NCBI GenBank assembly: GCA_003971905.1
Contig: RSEE01000047.1
Coordinates: 1-64,000 of the forward strand
DNA length: 64,000 nucleotides
Direction: 5' to 3'
DNA from: Moniliella sp. 'wahieum'
Taxonomy: Eukaryota
Part shown: piece by piece, positions 24,250 through 36,523 of the stretch
Position numbering within the stretch: position 1 is the first letter of the stretch
How the letters are laid out: each line of letters begins with the position of its first letter
Position numbers and translations under genes: made by a program
The notes under the pieces: generated by a model
Seen by the model: the letters and a program-made list of their open reading frames with translations, nothing else
Told to the model about the DNA's origin: nothing
Databases searched by the model: none

Positions 24250-24998
24250 TGCACAAGGTCGAACTAGCGTCAGGAGCTTACAAGAAGCTATTTGTGACTG
24301 TTTCCTATCTTCCGTTGCACAGGGCAATCATCCTTAGCTTGGCAGCGTAGCTACTTTTCAGTGTAGCTACTTCTCGGGTAACGGGCAACCCAGTGTAGTG
24401 TGCTTCGCCCTAGCCCCCGTTCTTTCAGAGCTGAGCAGAGCCTGTCAAAACTATATTCCCCCCCGCTGCTCGCTGGATGCTTGGCAGGGGATGGCGGAAG
24501 GGTGGTGGGATGTTCCCCCTTTGGACTGTAAACCAACCTACCCGGTCTCTGTGTGTCATTTTAAGGACTTCAGTTGCAGGAGGTGTTTCAATGGAACCAC
24601 GTGGCTTGGTGACTGATGTACGTCACTTTTGGCGTTACGCCTTAACACTTTTCTTTGACTGAGGCTGTTGGACTTTTTGAGAATGGATGCAATGCTTCCA
24701 TGTGGGCGACGTGATGTTTATACTGGTATAGATATGACTTACCCATGCCAGCAGGTTCTCTCCACCAATCCATTCCTCTATTGTCGTGTTCGTCCACTTT
24801 GGCAACGGCCTACCGCCCGCACTCGAATCACATACGCAATCACACAATGCCAGTGTTACAATGCCAGTCTTTGTATGGCCCGTCCCTGCTGGCGAGAGTA
24901 TCGTGATGCGTGGTTGGGATGAAGAAAGGAAACAGAGAGGCAGGAGCAAGGCAGAGTACAACAGGACCTGTTCCATCTGGGTGTACGGTAGGCATCGT

Positions 24999-25082
24999 GG
25001 GTTCGTGGTGTAGTGGTATCATGCCTCTTTAGGGTTTTCAAACTCGTAGAGGTGGTCCTCGGTTCGATCCCGGGCGGACCCC
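24999..25082 (+). tRNA. tRNA-Pro(AGG) with ~12-nt intron
   Basis: GGGTTCG/CGGACCC acceptor, CCTCT-TT-AGG-G/intron/T-AGAGG anticodon arm, GGTTCGATCC T loop, followed by T6. Confidence 0.93.
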
Positions 25083-25822
25083 TTTTTTGCCGGCGATTAA
25101 CCAATGCCGGATCCTCACTGGTCCTGAAGGCGCTTTCCGGTACCGCGCTGGCACCACCCATGCACGACATGGCGGGGGTGCAGGACCACTGGCCACTCTG
25201 GATTAGCGAAGTGGCCGCTAGGATTTACCAATTGTACCAACCTTGGACTTGCACTAACCTAGTGCTGGGTCAGTGTCTCCTGTGCAAGGACGCTGTAATA
25301 GTACTCAATGGCTGTGGCATCTCCGTAGTTAAGTGGGAGGGAAGAGATGGCTTGAACATCCGCTCTCTCTGCTCTTCCCTCAGACGCCAGCGCGTCAGCT
25401 CAGCTGTCGCCTCGAATATAATAGCCCCTTGATTACAGTACATATATTATCCTCGCCTGACTTAGTCAGCTACTCCTTCTAAGCACTTCCACCGCTTGCT
25501 GCTTTATTGGCTCCTGTGTTTCTCTTTATCGATAATCGGACGAGCGACTAGTGACTAGTGAGACGTGGACGATCGGCCCTTGATTAATGATTGCCTGTGG
25601 TTGATATAGGATAGACTTTCTCCCTGTCCCTTTAAACACGACCATACCTACATTACCCGCCCAAACCATGCTCCTACTAATGCTGTTTTTTCTTCATCTT
25701 ACTTTCTGTATCTCGGGGGGGCAACGTAATATGGACCAACAGTCATGAAATCGGTGCGGTGGGGGTGCAGGTGCAGGTGCAGGTGCAGGAAAACAGATGC
25801 GATACGGAGGCCAAAAGCAACT

Positions 25823-27895
25823 TTACTCGTCCACTTCCTCCGGCAGCGGTCCATGCCTGCGGCCCGAGAACGAGCGGGTGATGCCAACATCATCAGGGGG
25901 CGACGCTGGCATAGGCTGACCGTCGGCCATGGCCTCCTTGATCATCGAAATCGTCGACTCGATCGACCGCCGACGCATGGAGGGGGAAGACATGGTGGTG
26001 CCCAACGATGAGGAACGGGAATGATGATGGCCCCGACGAGCGGACTTTTGGCCACTCAGGTTGGCCTGTCCCTTGGCATTGATGAAAGAGCCAAACGGGT
26101 TTGCCGGATCGCTCGACGTGTCCAGGGGGGGCAGGGTGGTATGCTTACGGGAGCCGGGTAGAGTGGGTTCTTCGGGCAATTCGGGCAAGGCAGTCTCCTT
26201 TGGTGACTCGGGCAGAGGTACCGGCTCGCCCATGGGTGAATCCGTTAGTCCCCCTCGGTGAGCGGGTCGGACGCATCCATCAACTCAGGAGGGAGACGTT
26301 CGTTCTCAATGTCCACCTTGCGCGCATCGTCAAATCCGCGAATGTTGTCCTTGACTTCCTCAGAGCCAAGGATCAGGGAATCGTACGGCAAACTCGTCTC
26401 GGTGACAGGAGAACGCAGTTCCGAGGAGCGCTCCGTCTCTTCACGCAAAAGGGAAAAGACGCGTGACATGCGGCCAACAGAGATGATCTTGTCCTGGATT
26501 CCCTCATCGTCGGTTTGCATCGCCTCGGGCCCTGGCTCTGGTTCTGGCTTCGCTTCCTCAAGGAGCAGATCATCTTCGTCCTCTTCCTCCAGTTCCTCTT
26601 TGGAGCAAATGTTGAGCAGCGAAACCAGCATGTCGGTGATTTTCTCCCCCACAAAAGGAAGAGACCACGTAAACACGTCCATAAAGTTGGGCAGCCAATA
26701 CGGGTGAGGGGTGGCGTTGAACTGTCGAATGTTCATGACGTTGTTGTCGTACTTGAGTACGGCAGCCTTGTTGTTGTACACGTCAAGGTAGTTGGGGGCA
26801 GAAAAGATGGTCATGACAGAGGGAAAGCCTGTGGTCTTGGTTTTGCGGTACATGCGGTACCCAGCATCTTGAGCCTCATGTGCACGAATAATGGACAGGA
26901 GGTTGTTCCGTTCAAGGAACTGACAGGTGGCAGCGTAGGTGAAAAAGTAACTGCACCCTCGGACATGATTGTGGAGGAAGAGTTCGCCGTTTCTCTCTGA
27001 ACCAAATTCCTCGCACGGGTCGGCCCAGAGGATATCGCACAGGACCGTGCGTGGGCGGCTCACGGAACCGATTCAGGTCACGAAGATCGTCCAGCGTCGT
27101 AAATTCCGGTGAGAGACCGCCGTGAATGCAAAGGAATTGTTTGTTCATCAGCGCGCCGAGAGGTAGTGTGCAGAACGATTCCATGCACTCGTCATAGATG
27201 GCTTCGGAGTATTTGTGTTTGCCTATTTGGAAATGTCACATGTCGTCCAGGTACGGTAGTCAGCAGCCACCCTCGAAGGGGTGGAAAGGAACGTACATTC
27301 GAGTTTAAAGGTAAAATAGTCAGTCAGGTGCCGGCACTCGTGGTTTCCACGCAGAAGAAAAATAGAGGGGGTAGCAGATCTTGAGAGCCCAGAGGTAGAG
27401 AACACATTCAATGGAGAAGTGGCCGCGGTCAACATAGTCCCCAAGAAAGAGGTAGCGCGTCTCGGCCGGGTTGCCGCCGACTTCAAAGAGCTTCATCAGG
27501 TCGTATATTGGCCATGCACATCGCCACAGACAGTGATGGGTGCTTCGACTTCGAGGAGATTAGGCTCGGCACGGAGGAGGGCGGTGGCGGTGCGGATGAG
27601 ATAAAGGGCCTGGTCATTGGTGAGGCGGCCCTCGTGGTAGAGATGGTCTTTGAGGAAGGCTAGATTGGGCGTGCTGTGCTGGGCATCGGCGTAAAAGTCG
27701 GTGTCAGAGGGAGAGCAACGGCGGGCGCGGCTACATCGGTGATGACACGCTGGCGGGTGGAGACGGTGGTGCCGTCGTCGAGGACGTGGACGCTAAAGTC
27801 AATGTCGGGGACGAGGCGGCCGACTTGCGCTGGATCTCGCCGAGGGCAGCATGGAGGTGTTCGCGGTGGGCCTCGGCAGCTGGGGGCAGGGCCAT
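25823..27895 (-). CDS. CNA1: Calcineurin A (PP2B catalytic subunit)
   Basis: '[21 protein letters not shown]', '[19 protein letters not shown]', 'LCDILWADP', '[15 protein letters not shown]', '[20 protein letters not shown]' and autoinhibitory '[16 protein letters not shown]'. Intron 27223-27296. Several indels. Confidence 0.97.
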
Positions 27896-28573
27896 GGTTG
27901 GGGGGGGATGGTGGCTGTTGCGCTGCTGCGCTGCTGCGGATGGGGATGGGATGCTGATGCGGATGCGGGCGGGGCGGAGCTGGGGTGGCGCAGAGGCGCT
28001 GGGGCTGCCTCAGGCAGGCGCCCTGAGGCGTGACGTGAGGCGTGATGCATGGATGCGAATTGGCCCAGAGGCGCGGGGGATGCGGTGTGGTGCGCGTGCC
28101 GCTGTCTGCTGCCTGCCGCTGCCCAGGAGCACAAGCGAGCTGCGTCGGACGGGGAGCGACGCCTGGGGTAACATTTCACAGCTGCACGGGGTAAATAGGG
28201 GCGCTGCGCACATGACATGTGATGTCGCATGTCAGTCACATGGCACATGCCATGCATGCCACGGGTCGTTCGCGTCAATCGCCCTCTGCAGCAAGCGCTT
28301 CGTGCTGCGAAGAGAGAGCACAGCAGGGCCACCAGTGTCCCTGCTCTCGGCTGTATATATCTCGCGCAGCACACGGTATATACGCACGCGCTCTCCGTAC
28401 CAAACAAAGCTCGACGATCCGGCGATCCCATCCACACTCAGTTCAGAGAGCACACCAGCCGCCCGCCGGCGATCGCTCAAGACGCCTCAGCATGAGAGGG
28501 TGAGATGATGCAGACAATCACTGGGATGGTGACGGCGCCCCCCCTCTCTCATCCTTTGCTTCCGCATCCTGCC

Positions 28574-30014
28574 ATGCCCGCTCCTCCTCGTCCCGCCGCC
28601 CTCTATGCCCGGGGCCATCCGCCCCTGCGCGTGCTGGCTCTCCACGGCAAGGGCGCCTCCGGCTCCATCATGCGTGCCCACTCACCGCGCTCGCCCGGTA
28701 CACGTCGCTCGAACCCCACCTGGTCTACGTCGATGCGCCCATGCTCGCCCCCCGTACCACGGCGTTGAGACCTTCTTCCCCCCGGCGCACCACCCTACCA
28801 CGCCTGGTACCATGCCCTGCCCTCGCACCATTCGGCAAGCCCATGCCCATCTTCAAGCACTCCTCACCCCGCCTGCGCTCCCCCAGTGCGCATGTCCACT
28901 TCTCCGCCCCTTCCTCCCCGCTCCTGCACCCGTTCCCGGCCGACCCCCTCACCATCGCCAGCTCTCACGAAGAGGAAACGTACCCCCCCGACCTCTTTAT
29001 CCCCCCCGCTCAACATCCATGACGGCGCTGGATGAGCAGAGAGGAGACTATGCGTTTTCGGGTCCCCTATTTGAGCGGCACCACTTCACCGCTTCCAATG
29101 ACCTAAGTCATTATGTGGCGTCACCTTCTCCTACCATTGCAGCGCACAGTATCGTATGGAGCCAATCGAGCCACGACAGCCCTCCATGCAGCAACAGGAC
29201 GGGGAGCTATTCAACCAGTCCCTCGGACACTCCGCCGCAGTCCAAGTCCCCTCCACGCGAGAGCAGCCCGATTATTGAGCGCCCGTCGCTGAGCAAACTC
29301 CGAACCAAGAAACGTGTCTCCTTTGGCCCCGAGCCTGACGAGAACGATGACGAGCCACTGTTGCACTCACCGGCATCCACCCAAACGCGGGTGCGCACTG
29401 CTTCCCAACTCCGTCCGGCTTTGGTCCAAACCTTTCCCCGCAGTGGCATGCCAACAGCCCATTTTCCTTCCAAACAGAAGGCGATTGCTACGACGGTGCC
29501 ATCTGTTTTGCCCAAGGATGTGCTGTCATGGCAGGCTACCTGCTCCAGCGTGCGGCAGCCGAGGCGCTAGGGTGCATTCATCTCATGCGGCCTTTGCCCA
29601 AGTTTGTCATCTTCATTTGTACGTCCCCCCCAGTTCGTGCCCAGCAGAGCTCTTAAACTGACCACATATAATATGCTCTCTGTTTCAGGCGGCAGTCGCC
29701 CCACTCGGCACGGGGCGGGGCACAGTACGAAAAGTGGACGCAGATCAAGTTCCCTTTACGGTCCCCGGACGTCTGATACTGTACCGACACTTCATCTCAT
29801 TGGGCGTCTGGACGGGGCGAGGAACGAGGGCCACGGGCTTGCACGTATGTGTGACCCACGCACTTCGGAAGTGGTTCAATTTGAAGGAGGACATGCACCA
29901 CCGCGAAAGCAAGTAGATTTACGGCTGATTGGTCCGGCGGTGGAGCGCCTACTGAAGCGCGCGGGACTGGACTGTTGGCAGGAAAGTGAAGAAGAAGGTC
30001 GGACGAACTTTTAG
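28574..30014 (+). CDS. FSH1/DUF341 serine-hydrolase-fold protein with long low-complexity insert
   Basis: 'LRVLALHGKGASG', nucleophile-elbow-like 'YDGAICFAQG', 'PKFVIFICG' (across intron 29619-29688), 'PTLHLIGRLD', 'FEGGHAPP'. Confidence 0.8.
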
Positions 30015-31039
30015 TTCAATGTATACTGCGTCCACTATAGATATTGCGGGATTTGGCCTTTCCCGCGTTGACTGTTGCTTTTCTTCATGTGAGGAAGAAG
30101 GCCTCTTACTTTCCACCTCCGCTCCGCTCCCCCTTTTCTCTTTCCTTTCCCATCTCCATTGATGCACAGGCCCCCTCATTGTCCTCTCCTTCCTCTCGCT
30201 CCTTGCATGAATCCCTGTTGGCATACTTCCCAGCCCTACCCCAAATCCATATTCTCATCACCTTTCCTGTATTGTCTTTCTCCTCTCTTCGTTTCCTGTA
30301 CTCTCCATCTGCTCACTCCGACTGACAACAGCATCCACGATCTGTTTACCGCTTCCAAAATGTATCCCACAAGCAACATCATATGCCGCGGCCCTGGTGG
30401 CGTCCTCCCATCAGGCCTCAGGTTTGTCACAGCGTTCTAGCTGCTTTTCTCATTCCCTCATTCTCCTTTCTACCACTCACTCTCTTTTGATTCCGCCGAC
30501 GTGTTAATGTGGTGCACACAGCACCCTCCTCAATCAAAGCCATTATATGTATACTTGAACCACAGTCTGAGACTTCCATCCTTGCCCCGAGGCTTTTCGG
30601 CTCCTGTCATGCGCCACAGTTGATGTCAACTGCCCACGTTCAACCTCGTTCACCATTCACCTGATCTCGTCGACAGGCAGAAGGTCGACCTTGCAGTTCT
30701 GGATGGAATACAGACCACAGCTGCCAGGCCGCCTCTGTGGCATTAGTGGATGGCAGCGCATGGGGGGAAGTGCAGTCTCTACTACTAGCATCAACCTGTC
30801 GCGAAGGCGTAGGAGTCACACGAGGTCCTCCCACATCACGGTCCATGATCTGAGACGTGGCACTTACGGTCTATCTTCTACCTCGTGAAAGGGAGGGCAG
30901 GAGGGACGGGTAGCATGAGGACAAGCATTGTTCTTCCAGCATCAGGGCATGGGGGAGAGGGTAGATTAGTGCGCGAACGCTACCGAACACGACGGCAGTA
31001 GTGATCTAGTGAACATCAATCAGGGCAACAAGACGGCCA

Positions 31040-32669
31040 TCACGGAATCATGGGCGTAGCGCTGCTTTTCGGGTGGAGACGAAGGTCATGCATGGTAGCC
31101 AACTTTGCCCTTCGGTCGTGCCCGTAGCCCAGGCACCGTGGACCGAGGCAAACCAGTCGCGGTGGGTGGCTTCACCCGCAAAGCGAAGCGTATGAGACCA
31201 GATTGGGTGGCCGAGCTCCAGCAGGTCCCAGCTCGATGCCGAAGCTTGCGTCGCGTCGCGCGGGGGATGTAGGTGTACGACCCGAGCGCGTGCGGGTCGG
31301 TGCGCCAACGGGTGAGAACGGCGTGTTGGAAGGCCGGTGCCTTCTGTCCGGGGGGCAAGAGGGCGGACTGGAGACGGGCATGCAGCGATCAAACAGTTCG
31401 GCTCCTTTTCCTTGGGGATGGTCTCCATCACTTCGGCCAGCGTCGGCGGCGGAATAAAGGCCATGAGCACAGGGTGACCATGGATGCTGGTGTAGTCTTG
31501 GATGTGGAAGTGCCCGACACCACCTCGTCAATCGCTGTCGTCTTCTTCTCCTGCACGGCACCAGGGAAGGTAGGATTGGCGTCATCCACAATTTCAATCC
31601 AGCGGTCCAGATTACTCTCTCCCTCCTTGGCCCACCAAGACGAAGGGTAGTGGAGGATGATCTTGTCGAGCAAGCCGAATCCGAGACGCTGGATGGAAGC
31701 AAGTTTGCGCTGGGGCAGCGGCGGGGTAAAGGTAGGGCAAGCATTCTTCAAAACACCAAGAGGCAGTGTGCAGACAATGTAATCGGCATAGAAGGTCTCT
31801 TCCCCTTGGGGGGTGGAGGCAGTAACCGAATGTTTTCCTCCATCTACGCCCTGGGTGACGGCGGTGACACGGTGCTGGAGCTTAACCTCCAGCATGGGCA
31901 AAGAACTGGAGAGCCATGTAGTTGATCACCTGTCCAAACCCTTGCGGTACCACCGCATCATCTCCCACTGTCTCCTCGTCCGTGCCCCACCAGCGAAGAG
32001 CGACCTTGTCAATAGGAGCTCCGGTCCACCCTGCCCACATCTCGGGTTGGGCCAGGATGCGTTCCTGGCGGTGGCAGGGATGCCGTCCCAGAGCTGGTCC
32101 AGCTTGGCTTTAGTCTTCTCCGGGTGCGGGTCCGAGGGCGAGACGTTTCCTAGCAGCGCATCCACAAATCAGGTCCGTCGGCTCCCAGTCGTCCGTGCTC
32201 TGGCTCAGTCCGAGAGACGAGCAAAGGTGACCTCGTACGAGTGCTCAAACTCTTGGATGCCTCGTCCATCGGGAGAAGAATTTGGCCATGGGAGGTGGAG
32301 CGGAGAGTCTGGAGCAGGGTGGGCTCGGTGGGCCGGGCGAGGGAAAAGCCGGGGACGACACCAATGTAGGCGTTGAGGGGTTGTTGTCAGCGCCATGGAC
32401 AAAGGAGGCACCCAAGTCGGCGGGGACACGGGCGGGGTTGAGTTGATAGGGCACGGCCGGGTCCTCCTTTTGGCCCGTCATGTCAATCGTGTGGATCCGC
32501 CCGCCGAGCCGATCCCGGCTTTCCAGCACACCGACTCGCATCCCGGTCCGGGCCATTTCGCCAGCAGCTGCCAGGCCCGAGATGCCGCCGCCAATGACGA
32601 GGGCATCGTACTCGTTGTGCGAGGGGGCGGAGGCGCTGGTGGTGAGGGCTTTGGGCGCGGGGGTGACAT
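31040..32669 (-). CDS. Flavin-containing amine/polyamine oxidase (Amino_oxidase family), frameshifted
   Basis: 'LVIGGGISGLAAA', 'LESRDRLGGRIHT', 'DLGASFVHG', 'ADYIVCTLPLGVLK', 'TRWRTDPHALGSY', 'FAGEAT...SVHGA'. Confidence 0.9.
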
Positions 32670-34019
32670 GTAGGCGATTGGTTCGTGTCGAGGGAGCGAG
32701 CAGGGGAGAGGCGAGGGACGAAGATGGCCGATGTGACTGACAGCGTCCTCGCAGCGCACACTTTATGGGCCGCCCCAAGCCCCAGGCACCAATCATCAAT
32801 CACGCGTCACGCGTCACGCCGCTCGGCTGGCCAGCGCACCACGCCAGACGGGGCAGCACACTGCCGCCATGCGGGGGGGGGGGGGGGACGAGGCCTCGCG
32901 GGGGGCATCCAATCGGGCTTTTCCGCGTTACGCTTCAAACTGCAAGCACAGATGGCGAACTTGAACCTTGAAGCTTGAAGCTTGAACGTAGCTTGAACGT
33001 TCAGCCGGAAATGAGCGCGTCCCACCGGCACCGGCGGACCGGCGGACCCCGCGGCTGACCCGCCTCGCAACACAGGGGCGCCTCTGCGCGTCCAGCGCTT
33101 AGATCGGCAAGTTCAGTAGCAACCCTACCTACCGCCTTGGACGGCATTGCCCCCGCCTCCCCGCCGCTCCTTCGCCCGTCGCCCCCATCCTCACACCTCC
33201 TCACCCGCACCGCCTGTTCACAAATTTCACAGGAGCCACTATCGACTATCTGTATCAGCACTACGCGCTACGCGCTCCGAGCTCAACGTGCCTCGGGCGC
33301 CAGAGATAAGAACCCAACCCCGGCCCTGAGCCTGACGCCTGACGCGTGGGTTCTGAGTATTGAGTCACTGAGTACATGCCTCGCCACTAGTGCTGTCAGC
33401 AAAGTGACCGATGACCAGTCTGACCAGTGACCAGTGACTAGTGCAAGTGACAACTACTCGTGCAGTGCCAGTGAGATCTGAGACGGCTCGATGTGCCTGC
33501 CGATATACTTGCCGACGAGGCAGAAGCGCAGAGGGAGTTAGCAGTTAGCGCTTAGCTATGATATCCGAGCCAAAGGACGATAATGCTGCAGGGACATGGC
33601 TTGGTGCCTATTACTACCAGTGGTCCGCCCATCTCGGCGTTTCGTATCAGTACCAGTACTCAGGGTTGAGGCACACATTGTCTTCCGACACAGGCCGTGT
33701 AAAGAGCCGGGGCCGGCGCATTCCCTGCCATACTTTCCACCACCTTCTGACTTGCGAACCCATCTCCTTTGCCTATCGTCAGCACAGCCCACCAGACCGG
33801 TCCGTGGTGTAGAAGACCAGAGAGCAGACAGTTGATGTGGAGCATTGCATTGCACATGATGAGCTACAACAGAGGCCAGAGAATCTTCCCGCCCTCCAGG
33901 ACGGAATATTGCAAGGAGTGTGGAACGTAGTGAACCTGAAGCTCTGAAGGTTCCGAGCTGGGGCTACCGGCGCCACTACACCAGTGTGGCTTCCCACGTG
34001 GCGACAGGGTCCTTTATAT

Positions 34020-34372
34020 TCATTGGCTTCTGGCGTGTCTTACTCGGAAAACACGTATAGCCCCCGGGCGCTGCTGGACGGCGAATCTGAGGTGGGAGAG
34101 CACTTTGCCAGGCGCGCGGGCAGTTGCGGTTCGGCGGTGATCTCGTCTCCGGCCGGGGTTGACCTGCCCCACACCTTTGGGTGTGCCCGTGAGGAGCAAG
34201 TCGCCCACCTCGAGTGTCATTGCATGTCATGATGCATCCTGGTCCTATGCAGGCTGCGCGCCGTCACATGTCGATGGCCAATGTGTGCCCATCAATGTAC
34301 CCCTTCGTCTTGGCTGCTGCAACGTCCTGTCCCGCCTTGCCCATCCCAACACCCAGCTCGACTGGGAATGGG
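34020..34372 (-). pseudogene. Fumarylacetoacetate-hydrolase-domain (FAHD1-like) pseudogene fragment
   Basis: 'VELGVGMGKAGQDV...GYIDGHTLAIDM' lies only ~50 nt from 'MTLEVGDLLLTGTPKGVG'. The intervening segment and N-terminus expected in FAHD1 are missing. Confidence 0.75.
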
Positions 34373-35623
34373 AACACGTCAGGAATTCATTGGCTGGTTC
34401 CATCTCATCGATTTGGGGGTGGTGCACCGCACTACCAGCACCCCCGTCGTCCGCGTCATTCCACCTGCATAGAAGGGGGACGATCTATGTCCCATTGCTA
34501 GTGTCTGGACTGTGTGGTTTGGGTAGGCGTGGGCGACTGAGAAGGATCGATAGGTTACGAAAACCCCCTCCGTAAAATATACATAAGAGATATCCGCCTG
34601 CTATCACTATTAGCATGATATCGATTCAGCTTCCAATCCACTGCGGCACTTGGCAAGCTGCAGAAGTAGAGCCAGGTGTACTCTGATACCATTTCAGTCC
34701 CCATCTTTAGGCCACATCGAACGATCGAGCCTGTCGTCTCTCGCCATGGCGAAGTTCTCAGTCCAAGATGGTGGGCGCGTGAGAACTGAGCCTCAATGCT
34801 GAGCTGAGCAGAAGCATCCAACACGTGACATCACGGCGCACGTCTAATACTACCCAGGTTGGCCAGACAACGTCCGTGCTTGCTTCCGTAGGATTTCATC
34901 GATGATTGGTCAGATGGCGGCATTGGAATACAGACTGCGTTGATGTTCGGCCCAAGTCGTGTCAAAACTTGGTCTCTGCTGAAACAGCTGAAGGCTGAAG
35001 GCTGAAGCTTGGTGCCAGAGAAAGGGATGTGAACACAAGTAAACGTTGGCCGGGGTGCTGGGAGGCAGAGGCGGGGCGAATCGGCATATGCTATGCCTGC
35101 TGCATCGCACAAGCTACAGCAAGTTCTATGCCTGGGAGTTCCTGCAGTGGACCTTGTGAACCTTGTCTCATTATGCCGTTCATATTTAACTTTGAAGAAT
35201 CCCGCTTGACCAATCATCTCCTCTCTCACTGTCGACGGTACACCATACCTCTCATGCACGTATGTCTCCCGGACACGGCCTCGTCGCGGCCGATCCGTGC
35301 TGGGAAACGGTATTTCGCAATGGGAGCGCTCCCACGCACGAAGAAGCACCAGCATCGATCCGATCCGAGAATCGCATCCCTGCTGCGCGCCATGCGGGGC
35401 GAACGTCCGCGGCAAACGTCCACGGTGTGTAGGCTACCATACCCGTGCCCCGATTACGCTGACATGACCAATGGGATCGAATCGACCCAGTCGGGTCGAC
35501 AGCGCCGAAAGCAACCCGTCTGGCTGCCTCCAACCCATCAAGCACTAGGAGTGGGGGCGTGGGGGTAGAAACCCATGCGTGGCTCGCAATGGGGGCAAGC
35601 GACGTGGGCGGTGGAGGCGATTG

Positions 35624-36523
35624 TTAGCCGGAAGGGACTGGGGAAGGGGACAAGGCGACGACGGGCGAAGCCGGTGGCGCATCGTCCCACTTGCCTCGGA
35701 GCGGGGGCAAGGCCAAGGCAAAGGCGTCGGAGGAAGTGGCTTGTTCCTCGGGGGGGCTCCATCCTGCTCGGGGAGGCAAGCTTCGTTCAAACGCCATGAG
35801 CGCATGCACGAATCCTAGGTTGGGACACGCCTGTCGTCGTTGGCCTACGACAAAGTCGTACGCGCGTACCCAGGACCAGTGGCGGGCGTGCATCAGGTAC
35901 GCGACGACGGCCACCACAGACCGGCTTTGGCCAGCAAGACAGTGGACGTACACTGGGCTCTGGGCTTGGTGAGCGGCGTCTGGATCAGGTGCCAGGGGGT
36001 ATAGGCTAGGGGTGAGTGGGGCGCCAAGCGCAGTGCGCTCTCGCGTCTGGGGCGGAGCAGGCAGGGCAGGAGACATACCAAGGAAAACACACGCTTGTCG
36101 CATCCCGTCCTCAACCTCGGGCGCATCAACAAAGTCCCGCAGAGGGATGCGGTGGACGAGGTCAAAGGTGGAAGGCAGATGCAGGTTGGGCCATCCGCCG
36201 GGGGGGATTCCTCGGCCATATTGAGGATGCGGCGCACGCCGAGCTGGTGCAGACTGCGGACCTGGGCGGGGGGTGGTGATGTCTGGTCCGAGGTAGAGAA
36301 AGTTGGGGATGATGCAGCTCACCTCCTCCTCCTGCTTGGGTGCAGGGGTGTGGAGGAGAGGCGCGGTGTTGAGTCGGGTGAGCTGTGGGCGGCGGTTTTG
36401 AGGGGGGGGGCGAGGGAAGGAGCGCGGGGGGGGCGGGGGAGGGGGACAAGGGAGGGGGAGCCGAGCGGCTGATGGGCTGGCTGGAAGGCGGGGGGGGGAG
36501 ATCGGCCCAAGGACGGCGCTCAT
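35624..36523 (-). CDS. Dual-specificity protein phosphatase (DSPc)
   Basis: 'VSCIIPNFLYLG', 'RRILNMA', catalytic 'VYVHCLAGQSRSV', 'CPNLGF'. In-frame intron 35980-36078. Confidence 0.9.
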   Translation of the reverse strand: MSAVLGPISPPRLPASPSAARLPLPCPPPPPPPRSFPRPPPQNRRPQLTRLNTAPLLHTPAPKQEEEVSCIIPNFLYLGPDITTPRPGPQSAPARRAPHPQYGRGIPPGGWPNLHLPSTFDLVHRIPLRDFVDAPEVEDGMRQACVFLGMSPALPAPPQTRERTALGAPLTPSLYPLAPDPDAAHQAQSPVYVHCLAGQSRSVVAVVAYLMHARHWSWVRAYDFVVGQRRQACPNLGFVHALMAFERSLPPRAGWSPPEEQATSSDAFALALPPLRGKWDDAPPASPVVALSPSPVPSG

